Source: Octopus vulgaris
Taxonomy: Eukaryota
Assembly: GCA_951406725.2 (NCBI GenBank)
Contig: OX597832.1
Coordinates: 10,788,001-10,852,000 of the forward strand
Direction: 5' to 3'
Length of the DNA stretch: 64,000 nt
Both the position numbers and the translations under genes were made by a program. How positions within the stretch are numbered: the first letter of the stretch is position 1; every line of letters begins with the position of its first letter. Under the pieces are notes generated by a model that had not been told where the DNA came from, did no database searches, and was given only the letters and a program-made list of their open reading frames with translations. Shown piece after piece: positions 25,111 to 40,332 of this stretch.

Positions 25111-25852
25111 TCATGGATGCGTTCATGGATGTTTCTGTGCGTGCGCGTGGATGTGCGTGCATATATGCGTGTGTGAATGTGCGTGTGTGTGTGTGTGTGC
25201 ATGTGCACATGTGTATGGGACCGTGTGTGTGTGTCTCTACATGCACAAATGCCGAATGCGATAACTAGCACACACGATAGATAGATAGATAGATAGATGG
25301 ATGGATATACAGACAGACAAACAAATAGATAGAAAGATAGATAGATAATTTAAATATAATTTTCAATGCATAAAAGATAATCACTAAAGAAAGAGATTAA
25401 GATTTGAGAGAATATTGAAGTAGTTTTCATGATATTGAAGTGTGAATGTATTTTCGAAGTTCCCTGAAAACCAAAGCCATCTCCAACAGAATCATTATTC
25501 CGTTTAAAACAATTGTAGACCTGCATCGTAAATATTGTTACGTGTCTTCAAGGTATATTAACATGGTTGTTTCTGCATAATGTATAGAAAGACACAGCCA
25601 TGCTTATATACAATAATATAGGGCTACGTAAATATCTATGTCAGCATGCGAGTTTTTTTTTTATACGAAATCTCTGAAGACATATCATATTTATGACTGT
25701 ATGATTTTAAATGTTTCCATATATATTTGCAGTTATGTATGTAGATATGTTTATGTGTGTATGTATGTGTGTACGGGTGTGTCTATGCATGTATATGTGT
25801 ATGTATATATGCAGCTATGTATCAATTCTCTCTGTCTCTCACTCCATCTCTT

Positions 25853-25899
<47 letters not shown>

Positions 25900-25939
25900 A
25901 TCCGTGTGCGTGTGTATGTATCTGTTTCTTCTATTTTTT

Positions 25940-26545
25940 TTATTATTATAAATGTTCCACTGAGGAGAGACCCAGTTTCCAACAGATACAAGGCTTAAAT
26001 ATTTAGGATGTAGTTAACACACAATAATTCAAATTTGGAACTTGGGAAGAGTCTTGCATATTTTTTTCTTTTCCACTCAAGGAATGCACTTGTAATTAAC
26101 TTGTAATTCGCTGATCGCTTTCTCTTTCTCGAAATCCAAGTTTATCCAGATTCTTTTTTAAACATTTAGTAACAAAATCTAGTGCTCCGATTATTATTTG
26201 TATGAATACGAATTCATTATCTGGATATAGAAGCTGGAGATTTCCAAACAGTTGTCCATAGATATCCTCTTTTTCTTTGATTTTCGAATTCATATCTATA
26301 TCTACAGGATAGCTGAGCTTTATGATGGTACATACTTTTGCACAATCAACAATATCCGGCCTGTTATGTTTACACTTGAGAGACGTTTTGATGGGAATAT
26401 TCGAACAGTATTCCTTGAGTCGGTGTTTATGAATATATTCCATAACAGAGGGATATTCTACGTTTATTTAAGGACAGTATTTTCTGCAGATGGAATTGTA
26501 AATCGTGTCGGATGTGTACGTATGCATGTATATGTGTACGTACAT
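25940..26545 (-). mobile_element. 3' fragment of a second RLE-type non-LTR retrotransposon (endonuclease domain and 3' UTR)
   Basis: TIYNSICRKYCP..EYCSNIPIKTSLKCKHNRPDIV..CTIIKLSYPVDIDM..KIKEKEDIY..LQLLYPD..IQIIIGALDFV..SLSGKEKICKTLPKFQI*: RPD, KxxEKxxxY and IIIGALG motifs of R4/NeSL-type RLE; ends in an A/TAA-rich tail. Confidence 0.8.
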
Positions 26546-27165
26546 ACGACGAAGTAAGCATTTAACAATATATTTAAAAATGACACTGGTGTCTATTTGA
26601 AAGAGAACTGAAATTATGTTGGTAACCTTTGCACGCGAAATCGTTAAAACCCATCTGTATGGAAACAAACTAGCATATGTTTTTGTTTTCCTCTCTACAC
26701 TTATTCGCGCAGTTCTGTAGCCTGTACCATGAGATTTACGAACTTCCCTTCTACCAATGATCCTGAAAAAAAATCTAAGAATTCATAGAACAGATATCGT
26801 CAAATTCGATGGAAATTTCATAATACTGAACGTTAATGTGCTTATGACATAACCAATTGTGAACTTAAACCCTGGTATTTGCAAACGGGTTAATGAAATA
26901 CCTTTACCATTCACTCGCAATCACATACGCACATGCACGTAGAAGCATAACCGCTACCCGACGATACACACAGACATACAAAGACATGCGCGCACAAACA
27001 AACATACACACACATACAGACTAACACGCCCCCACACACAAACGCGTACACATACACGCTCAAGAATATCTTCCACTGTACGTGAGTGAATATATATTTT
27101 CTGATAAAATAAGACAGAAGCAAACTTACCGTTACAGTCTATCGCACGTATGTGAGTACGTGCGC

Positions 27166-27290
<125 letters not shown>

Positions 27291-27818
27291 AGTGTGTGCG
27301 GATGTATCTACATGTCTATATGTGTGCGTAGTAGTTTGTATATATACACACACATACGCATATATACACACCCACATATATGTATAAAAGTGTGCTTCCG
27401 TGCATCACACAGTATATATGTGTACGTGTTTGTTTGCGTCTACTATCTGTGGACGGTTGCTTCTATTTTTTAATTAGTATTTTGCAAACGCTATCATATT
27501 TCCATCTTTCTCTTTGTATCTTTGTCTCTGGTTTTGTGTAGAGAAAAGATGAAAGGGCAGCAAAGTCGAAGATTGTTTTATCTTGTATGAATTGTTTTCT
27601 GTAGTTAAATACTTTTTGATTCTTTGTTTACAAAAATATAGTTTGCAATTTCACAAGATATGTGTGTGTGTGCGTGTGTTTTGTCTGTATATGATATACG
27701 CACATCTTTATATACATCTACATATATCAAGTTTTATGTTTTTTCTATATATGCGCACACATATATTGTACACCTATGTATCTATATATATATGTCTGCC
27801 TTTTTTCTCTCTATCTTG

Positions 27819-27821
<3 letters not shown>

Positions 27822-27873
<52 letters not shown>

Positions 27874-27897
27874 CATATATATATATATATACATACA

Positions 27898-27985
<88 letters not shown>

Positions 27986-28143
27986 CATACATATATATAT
28001 ATACATACATATATATATATACATACATATATATATATATACATACATATATATATATATACATACATATATATATACATACATATATATATATATACAT
28101 ACATATATATATATATACATACATACATATATATATACATACA

Positions 28144-28237
<94 letters not shown>

Positions 28238-28325
28238 TATATATGTATGTATATATATATGTATGTATGTATGTATATGTATGTATGTATGTATATATGT
28301 ATGTATGTATATATATATGTATGTA

Positions 28326-28361
<36 letters not shown>

Positions 28362-28440
28362 TGTATATGTATGTATGCATGTATATATATATTTATATAT
28401 ATATATGCACATATATATGCATATAAACATATATACACAC
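27822..28440. repeat. Compound (AT)n/(ATAC)n/(ATGT)n low-complexity array
   Basis: Direct reading; generates six spurious 190-300 aa ORFs. Confidence 0.95.
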
Positions 28441-29535
28441 ACATAATTTGTTTCAGCCATTCCATTGTGCTCATGTGGAGACACGACAATTTAGTTTGTA
28501 TTTTTTATCAAACAAAATATTTAAATTTATTGATTAGCGTTCGATTTACCGACAACTAAATGGTCACTATCGAACTGCGTAAAACGACTATCATATTATT
28601 TTGTAGAACATATTCAAACTTTGTCACTATTCTCAAATACACAATGCACATAAATATACATAGTCGTTTGTGTGTGTGTCTGCCGGTTTTAGACTATATT
28701 GAAAATATTTTTATTTTTGGTTCACCCAGTTTCTTGAATTTATTGCACAATAGATATTATTTAAAACATTGATGTCCTAGTTTTTCTTATGAGCTATATC
28801 AGACATTTGGTACACCGAACAAGGTAAAATATTTTACATTACGCTTTATGTAATTCAGAATTTCTCATTGATCTTTCGTAATGTGTAGTCTGAGTATTGT
28901 ACATAGGCATAATCTATAGTCATTCTCAAAAGTGTAAATACTATAATTTGCTCTTGTTAACATGTTTTGACAGAAATGGTGACAGGGAGATTAGAGAGTG
29001 TGTCATGAGCTTTGGAAATTGCTAGTATATAATTCTTAATTTCTTATATATCACACATAAAAATGGAAGCTGTTTACTGATATATTCAAATCAGCCAGGT
29101 TAATTTTACATATGTATTGGGGGCAACATCAAAAAGCTAATGAAGAAGATTTGTTTGAAGATGAGCGTACAAAATACGCTAATGTCTGATATTTGATTGT
29201 TTCTGCAAGCACAGCAAAATATTTTAGTTATTTCAGGACTATTAAATCTCACAAATGGAGCATACATTTCACATCAAATGTCTAAGTAGTACTAAGAGAA
29301 TTCTTAGTGAATGATGCAAGGATATATGTCTTTTATCCAAGAAAATACAACCTTTATGTAATAAATTACTCATATGTGGAATTGGATGTAGAGAATATAT
29401 GATGTAGAAGTAATTTGTCGATGATGCTTTCAACCTTGGGTGTCAATGACATATCTAATAATATTAACGCCACAGAACTCTCATTAGACATACATATATA
29501 CATACATACCTACATACATACTTACATACATGTTT

Positions 29536-29812
29536 GTTCCTTCTAGAGCCACGCCAGGCTCATAAGGGCGTATAGATTCTCCACCTGGACGGGACGCAGG
29601 TCCGTCGCAGGTGAGCTGCAAGATGCGGGAGGAAATTGGGAGAGAAAGTTGTGGCGAAAGATTCAGCAGAAGTTCGCCATTACCTTCGTCCGGAGCTGCG
29701 TAGAGCTAAGGTGTTTCGCTCATAAACACACACATCGCCCGGTCTGAGATTCGAACCCGCGATACCTCGATCGCGGGTCCGCTGCTCTAACCACTAGGCC
29801 ATGTACCTCCAC
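29536..29812 (-). mobile_element. tRNA-derived CORE-type SINE, family D, inserted in (TACA)n
   Basis: Minus strand gtggaggtacatggcctagtggttagagc (A box)..gggttcgaatctc (B box)..tgtgtgtttatgagcgaaacacct (CORE-like); (TACA)n on both sides. Resembles the octopus tRNA-Arg-derived OR SINEs (recalled, not verified). Confidence 0.85.
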
Positions 29813-30494
29813 ACATACATACATACATACATACATACATACGCACATACATACGCACATATATCTGTAAAATACATGTTACAGATGTATGTGTGTATAT
29901 CAAATAAGATTTGTGTGTTGTTATATACATAAAATCACGGAACATGTAGTCAACCAGATAATGGCAAATAACAACATGCATTAAAACAGAACCAAACGAA
30001 ACCGAGATTCTTGAACAAGGTACATTTTGAAAGGTCATCTAATGAGACGCATTTGTCCACATGATTATTCTCATTAATCGGCATCATATTCTACTAAACA
30101 TGAAAATCATCTATTCAATTCAACTTGTGCAGGAATTTCCCGATCCCAATCTTATGAATTTCACGTGACTCGGTTTAAGATTAAAAGCTTGGAATATTCA
30201 ATGTTTAACCTATCCTATCTAATATACCTCCAACGTAGATTTAAGGAATATTTAAGAACTCGACTTTGCTACTGTCTCGGGCAAAGGCCCATTTTGTTAA
30301 TTCATGCAGAACCTTCACAAGCATTATTATATTAAAAACAGGACTATTCATTCGACTTTAGGGACGAATTTTTCCCTTTTGTTTCAGTTATTTCTGTTAC
30401 TTACAACTTGACCATTTCCAAATGTTCGAATATGCTCCAATATATCGATTATGTCTTTCTGTAAACTGCACGATATTTATAGGTCTGAAAAAAA

Positions 30495-30812
30495 GGAAAT
30501 TTCATGGTAAATGAAGTTCAAATAAATGCCGGTAATTGCTAAATGCGTGACGGACTCTCCCGGCGAAGACGATGTGGAAGTTTTCAGCATTTGACCGAAC
30601 GACCTGCACAAATTATTTGTTTACAGTTATTCAATGCATGTACTATACGCTAGTTCATTTTCTCCATCAAATCAACATTTCCTGAACAGATATAGTGTGT
30701 ACCATGCGTCAGGTCTCGAGAAAATTTAAATGAAGTGTTTTGGTCAAGAACACAACGGAGCAACCGGTCTAAGAACTGAAACGATCTCTAACCACTATGT
30801 CATGTGACTTCT
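30495..30812 (-). mobile_element. CORE-type SINE family E, diverged, internally deleted head
   Basis: Minus strand gaagtcacatgacatagtggttagag..gaccggttgctccgttgtgttcttgaccaaaacacttcat; body shared with 23113-23275. Confidence 0.65.
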
Positions 30813-31523
30813 CGTTAAAGAATACGTAAACAATATAAAAACAACATTTCTTTTCTAGGGCTGTATTAAACGACTAAAAATGTGTAAGGTTGGTAACAAT
30901 GATGTATTTTGTGTAACTATTTAAGTTTTAAATGATAAATGAATATATCTAAGTATTATGTAGAGTATTTTGTACAAAAGTGTTGCGAGTTATAGCATTA
31001 AGCCGTTACATTCTATAGAGACAAAATCTAAACAAAATCACTCTAGACACTACATGAATTCCACACAGCGCGCATGCGTGCACTAACTTAAGCATCACGT
31101 CTAGTATATAACGATATTATTGCTGAATGACTTCTATATAAAGTTGACCTGTAGTAAAGATGAAGTGAAGGACAAAGTTAACATTTACATGAAAAGAGAT
31201 ACTACAATAGAAATCTATATATTGTTCTAACATAACCATAATTATGTTATCGGAAATAATATGCATATATTCAGAAATAATGATTGAAAGCCATAACACT
31301 ATCTGTTGAAGATTTAATCAATATACTCTGATATATTCAAGTTTATGAATATCTGTCATATATATCAACATTTTTATACGAATAAATATGTGTGTGTGAG
31401 TAAATGTGCGGGTGATTGTATGTATATAGCTATAATAAGCATGCATCGCCCATGCATATGCACCAAGATACACACATAAACACATATACACATACAAATA
31501 CATATATGTGTATAGCCATGCAT

Positions 31524-31560
<37 letters not shown>

Positions 31561-31896
31561 CATATATATATACATATATATACATATATATATATATACA
31601 TATATATATAATATTTATATATATAAACACACAAACACAAACATAAGCACGCGCACGCAGAAACACACACACACGTATAAAAATATGCAGTGGAGATGCC
31701 TGTGTACGCATGCGTGTATAATATATATAGTATTCATTTACGCTTTCATATTGATTCATATTCTGCTGCCCATAGACCTAACATAAAACACAGATTACTT
31801 CCTGAAATATTTCTATTATTGAAGCGCATTAGCACCAATATATTGAATACATAATATCATATATATATACATACATATATGTATGTATATTTATAA

Positions 31897-31928
<32 letters not shown>

Positions 31929-32527
31929 TTATATACGTTTGTGTGTATGTATGTATATATGTAGGTAGGTAGGTAGGTAGTTAGGTACATAGCTAAATAC
32001 ATAGATATATAAACATACTTTTTTACGTTATAATTTTTATTGTCCATGCATGCAATTCTCAGCCTTAACACATCATTGAATATTGACATTCTGGCTCTCC
32101 TTGTAACGTAGTTAAAGATGTTCATATTCCACAGTATTGATTCTTTATGATAGCATTCCAATAAATATCCATTACTCCATTCACCAAAACTAAATATCAT
32201 ATATTCACTGGAATGACAAGTTATCGATAGATCTGTCCTAACCTGAAATCATGTCGGGCTAACATAGTTCATTTCACCAATCGTGTATGGTACATAAAAA
32301 TATGCCTCTTTCTTTCTCTCTCTCTGTCTGTATGTATGTATATGCGTATGTGCGTGTGTGTGTGTGTGTAAAATTTAAACCGAGCGAAAGGTACTTATGG
32401 ATATTATACATATATGCACACACACACGTTCAAACACACACACACACATATTCATATATATATATACATACTTTAATATGTTGTTATACATGCATATATA
32501 TATATATCAATATATATATATATACAT

Positions 32528-32566
<39 letters not shown>

Positions 32567-33222
32567 CATGCATATATATGTATACATACACACACATATA
32601 CGTACATGCAACTGCATTGCATGCATGTATATGTGGAGAGACACACACATACAGAAATATATACATACGTACATATATATATCCATCCATCCATTCATCC
32701 ATACATGCATATATAAAACACATATTAAACAGTTATATTATTCAAGAAAGCTATAGAGTTTACGTAATGGCGACAACCACTTTACCTTAAAAATATTCGA
32801 TATATATCATTTTGCGGGAACATATACATACACATATATCTCCAATAACTAGCGCAGTTTCAAAATGAGTTACTATTTATTTTTCGTGACGCCATTATTT
32901 AACAGTGTCCCTTAAAAAATCTAAGGGAGAAAATTGTTGCAAATAATTAAACATGATTCATTCCAAGTGTTTGATAATAATATTCACTATCATTTGAATG
33001 ACTACGCGATAATTTCATATACAGTTAGAAGTTACGATATAATGGAAACATTCCGAATAATAACGTATCTAGAAGTTATATACGCCGAGCCATACTCTTC
33101 TAGACAGGCATGCATACATGGCTAGATTCTCGCTCTCTCTCACTCTCTCTCTCTCACACACAAATATATATATAAAAATATATGTCTCTTTGTGTGTGCG
33201 TATAAATACAATATACACACAC

Positions 33223-33271
<49 letters not shown>

Positions 33272-33406
33272 GATGTATAGATGCTATGAGAGGTAATGGT
33301 GTCAGTGCAACCCACAGGTGTCAGGTAATGCTGAATAAGTGCTATAGATGGACCGCGGTTAAGTTCCAGTTTCGGTGATTATGTGAATAAGGGGTTCAAC
33401 GTTGGT

Positions 33407-33417
33407 CATATGTCAGC

Positions 33418-33464
<47 letters not shown>

Positions 33465-33573
33465 AACTCATATGTATATATATGTACATACATGTCAGCG
33501 AGTATATACAGTATATATATATATTCAAACTCATATGTATATATATGTACATACATGTCAGCGTGTACATACA

Positions 33574-33580
<7 letters not shown>
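33407..33580. repeat. Tandem duplication (~63-bp period) inside an AT array
   Basis: caaactcatatgtatatatatgtacatacatgtcagcg occurs at ~33463 and ~33526; atgtcagcg occurs three times. Confidence 0.85.
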
Positions 33581-33618
<38 letters not shown>

Positions 33619-34806
33619 TATAGATATATACAAACACATACGTATATATTTTTATATGTGTGTATATGTTTGTATGGATGTATGCATGCATGTATGTAGA
33701 TATATTATGCCAATTATGAAACCTTCCGTCCAGGAGAGGCGTGTCTCAACTCTAGCATTATTTTATCTATATTAGAGTATATTCAATTGTCTTTTTCAAT
33801 ATTAAGACAGTGTGTTGTGCTTTATGTAAATTTGTCAGGGAGAATATTAATTATACATGAGTATTTACCTATTTGTTATAACATTGATGTACTGCTTTGT
33901 CAAGGTTTTCAATGTCTGAATTCATATCTGCGAGTTCATGTTTTCCTTTGGAATTTCGAAGATGCATAAATTATATACCAGTTCAATATTATGACCGATT
34001 CTGCGTGCTCTTCCCCTGCATCTTGTATCATCTGCCTTAATTGGCTTAAGATATTAGTTTTTATGCTACACGCGTCTGAACGACACACTGTCTGTTACTT
34101 CTTAATTTCACGACTAGAAATTTCGAATACATGAATACTGATCGTTAAGGTGGATCATTGACGAAGTCTTTACTTCTATTTATGGTTGGTAATAACCATT
34201 AAAATAGCCTAGGATTAATTAAAGTGTGCTTCAGAATATTTTACAACCTAGAGAAAAAGTTATATTCTTTTCTACCATGTGACCGAACCATCACCTGAAA
34301 GTCTTAATAGGAGGTCATCAACGGTTTGACAAAATAAAGCATTGCATGGCATGGAAAGTAATAAGAATGCCACTATTAATTGAAGGGAATATATATAGCA
34401 AAATCTATCATTAAAAAAGCGTAAATCCAGAAATATCGTCTTTACAGAGAAAACTGCAACTTCCTCCTCGGTCAATCAGGTTGACTTGTAAATGAACGTT
34501 GATAAAAAATGTACTGAGCACGCCCGACAAACCTCTTTTGAATCGAGACTGCTGCCGTGTTCCACGAAAACATTGAAGCCTATTGAGCATTTGAATTGTT
34601 CCACAAAAATTTACGAAATTTTTACTTCCGATTGACTTCCAGTACATTCAATGCGATGTAAGACACCTCAAAATTGTTTACCGGTTAGAAAACAACAGTA
34701 TCGAACACTTAATGGCAATGTTCCATGAGAATTCTCAATGAATTACTTTCTTAAATCCCGAAAAAAAAAAAACTTTATTAGCGGTCGTATCTAAAATAGA
34801 TTTCAA

Positions 34807-34862
<56 letters not shown>

Positions 34863-34904
34863 TCTTCAAAACATTGTTTTTTTTAAAATTGTGGCACTAT
34901 GCCA

Positions 34905-35060
34905 AAATTTTATTGGTTGTAAGGAGAATTCGATAAAAATTGATCCAATAGATTGTTCGTAATCTTTTTATCTTGCCTGCAGGAATAAAAGACAATGTCA
35001 GCCGGATCAGATTTGAATTAAATGTATAAAACGCAATTATATACTCTTCGGCATTTAGTG
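34905..35060 (-). mobile_element. SINE family A, very diverged
   Basis: ggaataaaagacaatgtcagccggatcagatttgaatt resembles ggatgaaaggcaaagtcgacctcggcggaatttgaact. Confidence 0.35.
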
Positions 35061-38000
35061 ATTCACATTGTTATTTTATAATACAACTTTTTTAGCGAAC
35101 TATTTATATAATATCTCTTAATAAACACACAGTATGAGCTTAAATCAAAACTTTACAAAGATACAAGATGAACATCAAACATTAATAGAAGAAAAGTACA
35201 ATTCACATAAATTAAAACCGAGTAATTATTTTCTAAATACGTGAATGTGACGATAATTTTAAGCTATAACCTCAAGGTTTCGCCGAGACATTTAAAACTA
35301 AAATGAATATATGTATATGTGCGTATGTGTGTTTTATGTATGTAATGTTCATCTGTTTGTGTATATGTTTATTATGAAAGGGTATATATATAGAGTCAAA
35401 ACTATTGAAAATGTTGCAAGACGCAACGAAAATTTTAGGAAAATAAAAATGAGAAAAAAGTGGAAATTTTACCGGTGAATGTGTTATATTATAAGGCACA
35501 GAAAGAAAATGACTCTTCCCAGACACAATAGAATAAGCTTCAACGCACGAGTTCATATAAAGAATCTTGCAAACCAAATGCAAAAACGATATATATATAT
35601 ATATATATATAATTTTCTGAAAAATTAATAGGCACTTCAGATTAAACATGTTGAGTATCGTTACTTATTGTTTCAACATAGCTGGAGCAATAAAACAAGG
35701 CCCCATTCAAGTATAGCTTATACCTTGATTCTGCTTAACTGGCTATAGCCATATCCTAAACTTCATACTTTGTGTTCTATTCTGGAATCTACATATGTTA
35801 TTAAATAAAATATATAAAAAGAATAATACTAAGATAGAATATAATACCTTCGAATAGCATGTTAATGATCATCTATATGGCTCAGGCTAAATAAGTTTTT
35901 GCCTGGGTTTGTCCTTCGATATTATGTGATCCATTTACTACCTTAGGAAGCCAAGTTTTTGAGTCGACTGCAACTGTTGAAGTAAGTTTAAAGCTGGAAG
36001 CACCCGAATACAGGTCTTTCACTAAAAAATTATAATTCTATACATAAGAGGTTGCACAAGTTGTAAGAAATGTCAGCCAATATCTCGAGGAAATCACCTT
36101 AAACCGTTTTAAAATACGACCCCTTTCTACAATGTGATCCGGTATTTCTTGTATGTTGATGTAAGGCAACGTGATTACAGCTTGATGGTGTTTTTGATTA
36201 TAGGTCTGTGTGATTTATATCATCAAAGCCGAAACATTTAAGCTATCGTGCGACCTACTAAAAGAACGGAAAATCTTTCGCAAGCACCACTGCAGCCAGT
36301 GAACCGAGAAATTATTGTGCATTGTGCTTTCTAAAAGATGAGATACTCAGTGTTTTAATGTGTCTAGATATCAATCGATCAGCTTAATCTCACCGAAGCA
36401 CATGATATATATTTATGTAAATCAGAACGATATGGTATTAGACATACATATAAATAGTAACGATGCTTTTATTTTAAGTATTAAAAAGTAAAGTAAAACT
36501 TTGAAACACCATATATTACAGCTGCTTTGAGAAACATCTCTGGAAATTGCATGAAGCTGTACATATTTTCAATAGTTAGTACTGCTGTGAAATTTGATAT
36601 AACATATACAAGAGATTTTCAAGAAGATCACTTGAATTCGGATGTAGAAAATTTGGAAATTATACAGCAGTGATATTTTAAATGCAGAGTTCGTTCATAT
36701 AAAAAACATATTGAGATAGCAATATAATTTAAATTTAACCTGCCAATTCAAAAAGTGTTCGTGTTTAACAGACTCAATAATATTTCTGAATAATTCACAC
36801 ATTTAGTTGCCAATTACAGACTAAAACTATAGGGAGATAAAAGTTTGAATTTGTATCTTTTTATTGTCGACGGATCATTCGTACACTTTATTTATTAAAT
36901 GTAATACTGAGTAGTCGTAAATGACTAGCAAATTGCCACTTACCTGGATATTCTCGTTAAATTTTAATGCAAGAGTGAAGAGGAATTATATCTGCTTACT
37001 AAGTGCTTATCTGTTTATAAGTACAGCCATTACACACAAACATTCACTCATGTGATATATGTATTCGTACGTATATATTATCACAGTAAATAAATGTTAT
37101 CATATATTTTGCTGAAATAGTTTATTGGAGAAAAATATTTCTAAATATTTATAATTCGTAGATAAAACTGCTAAATGCATTTCATAAATCGAAAGGAAGA
37201 CTTTATATAGTTAGAAGTGAGTAGAAACATATTGCTTTTACGTACAGCTATATGTCTCAGTAAGACCCTGGCGACAAACAATATATTGCGAAAGCAATGA
37301 ATATGAATAAATAGCAAACAATCGGAGTACATTCTTTCGGCCTTTTGTGATGCGCCTACGTTCTTTGTTTTAAATGCACCGACGTCTACACTTGTTTCTC
37401 ACTGGTGATATGAGAAGTACCCATGAAGATTGTGAGATAATCAACCATCCAAGGCCCCAGTTTAAAGTCATTTCTTAATTCTATAAACATATATATGGAA
37501 AGACACCGAGCTTCATGATTGATAAAACGTTGCATAACATTTTCGGATATATAATTGCCAGACAAGTAATTTGATTTAAGACCTTGTATTGAAGCTAAAA
37601 ACATTAACTGAATAAAACATTCCTCTCGTTTAAATATTTGTTATTTGGCATCAATGATTTTGCCGTATTTAGTGTTACCTGGTCATTCATCTGGATACAG
37701 ATAAAGCTTGTTTGTCAGTACAGCTAGGCGTCTGAGTTTTTTAAATTACAACCAAAATCCAGTCAACTATGATCATCATACGATGACAACTAGTACGATT
37801 GGGCTGTACGTAGATATGCTGACCATCAAGTATCGCCTCAAACCATTTGCAGACATTGCTATTGGTACGACGAAAACTTTGACACCAAACGATAAATAAT
37901 TGAGATAAAATACTTTGTGCTTTTTACTATTTTTTATATTCTATATGGCATTTGTTAGATAACATATTTTCTATATTTGCTCTTCGTTAACTTGCAGACC

Positions 38001-38214
38001 CACATCAATTATTTTCGTTTCATTTACAATAAAAATAAAAGTACACAGTCTTATATATTTAAGCTTAATGGGAATAAACATTTTCATTCACCAAAATTAC
38101 AACTGAGTAATAGGAACCAATATTTTGCAAAATTTCTTTCGATGTGTGCAATGGAAATTCAGACTGAATTTTAAAAGTATTTAAAATTATTTTTAAATAT
38201 TTAACGTTAAAGGT

Positions 38215-38253
<39 letters not shown>

Positions 38254-38419
38254 TACAAGGTATGCTTCCCTGTTTCGTTTCGTATCAAATAATACAGTGT
38301 AACACAATTGTTGTCGTTGCGTAGAAATTATTTTGTATTTTCTTACGCTTGAAAGTATGAAAAATAACTAATATTTCTATCAATTATTGCTTTTGTTATA
38401 TTTATTCAAACACGATAGA

Positions 38420-38570
38420 AATCCTCTCAACACATGGCTATGATGCTCCTCCATTACTCCTGCTCATCATCAGTGACGCACATATTGTCAGTCACGAAGA
38501 GCCATGCTCAACTGGTTTAGGGTAAGCAAATGATAAAAACATTAGTGGTATTGAGCAAGATATTTACTAT
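38420..38570 (-). repeat. Fragment of repeat family C (reverse complement of ~16150-16305)
   Basis: ctcaacacatggcta..gcacatattgtcagtc..catgctcaactggtt..ggtattgagcaagatattt is the inverse of the 16047-16605 body. Confidence 0.75.
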
Positions 38571-39386
38571 AAAGATACTTCTGCTTCAGTAACTGACTCG
38601 GTCTGAGATATAATAAAACAAATATAGGTCAGTTTCAAACATCGATGTCAAGGTCTCTAAAGCAAAGTTTATAAGGAATGTTAATCATTTGCTCTGATTT
38701 CTAGATAGAAGCAAATTCGAAATGACACTTTCTGACCAAAGGCAAAAACAAAATAGCTGTTTCGTTATCAACTGTAATCAATCATTGTAACAATGGCAGT
38801 AACAGCATCGACTGTATTTAAAAATAAAATATGATAATCACCGGCATAATAATCGCGTTCATTAAACGTTATATTTTCCCGAGAGGGATATACATTTATT
38901 TTAGTGCAGGTGATGCACTCATCGCTGTATGATTAAATGTTTGGTTCGTCAGTGTGGCACCATTGCTTTTCTATTCTACATCTCGTAGATGACCGAAACT
39001 TTGGGAATAATATATCCAAGTTACTGATGTCGTTCACAGGCACAAAAATGCTATATTAGCAATTCCTCCACCAATCCTACGAGTTCTTGTTCGGCTACTG
39101 ATGCTCTTTGTGATTTTAAGCATTTTCTCTCAGAGTCTCTGTGTGTACGTGCGCGCATGCGTGTGTGTGTGCGTGCGTGTCAACGCAAACTGAAATATAC
39201 AGAAAAGCAGTACAGTTCCACCTTGTTCAGGTTCGATTCTTTCAAGGTAATTCAGTGGCATATGTGACTTACTTTATGTCACACCTAACAACTCCCACGA
39301 TAACGTTAATGAAATTAACTTCTTCCTATCAGTCATATATGCATGTCTAATTATATATATATAAAGCAGCTCACCAGCAAATATAC

Positions 39387-39424
39387 GGGGCATATCGGGG
39401 CATATACGGGGCAAATATACGGGG
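39387..39424 (+). other. Putative four-tetrad G-quadruplex motif (G4-N6-G4-N7-G4-N9-G4)
   Basis: ggggcatatcggggcatatacggggcaaatatacgggg read directly. Confidence 0.6.
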
Positions 39425-39427
39425 CAT

Positions 39428-39446
39428 ATCATGTATGTATATCATG

Positions 39447-39522
<76 letters not shown>

Positions 39523-39575
39523 CATATATATATATATATATATATATCATGTCATATATATATATATATATCATG

Positions 39576-39648
<73 letters not shown>

Positions 39649-39751
39649 TATCATATATATATATATATATATCATGTTGTTTTTTTGTGTATGTGTGTGT
39701 ATATATATCATGTATATATACATATATATATATATATAATATATATATATC

Positions 39752-39793
<42 letters not shown>

Positions 39794-39811
39794 GTATGTA
39801 TATATATATAT

Positions 39812-39850
<39 letters not shown>

Positions 39851-39881
39851 ATATATATGTATATATATATATATATATATC

Positions 39882-39917
<36 letters not shown>

Positions 39918-40142
39918 GTGTATATATATGTATGTATATATGTATATATATATATATCATGTATATATACATATATATATACATGTGTATATATATGTAT
40001 GTATATATATATATATATATACATATATATATACATGTGTATATATATGTATGTATATATATATATATATATATATATCATGTATATATATATATACATA
40101 TATATATGTGTATATATATGTATATATATATATATATATATC

Positions 40143-40176
<34 letters not shown>

Positions 40177-40211
40177 GTGTATATATATGTATATATATAT
40201 ATATATATATC

Positions 40212-40247
<36 letters not shown>

Positions 40248-40288
40248 GTGTATATATATGTATGTATATATGTATATATATATATATC

Positions 40289-40332
<44 letters not shown>

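Noticed and set aside
27583-28559. Overlapping 190-300 aa ORFs
   Set aside because: Same low-complexity artefact.
29735-29812. tRNA gene on the minus strand
   Set aside because: A and B boxes are present, but there is no proper acceptor stem or terminator and it continues into a CORE-type body, so it is a SINE head.
36938-36947. acttacctgg, resembling the U1 snRNA 5' end or a perfect minus-strand donor
   Set aside because: No U1 stem-loops follow, and no convincing acceptor or open frame lies upstream on the minus strand.
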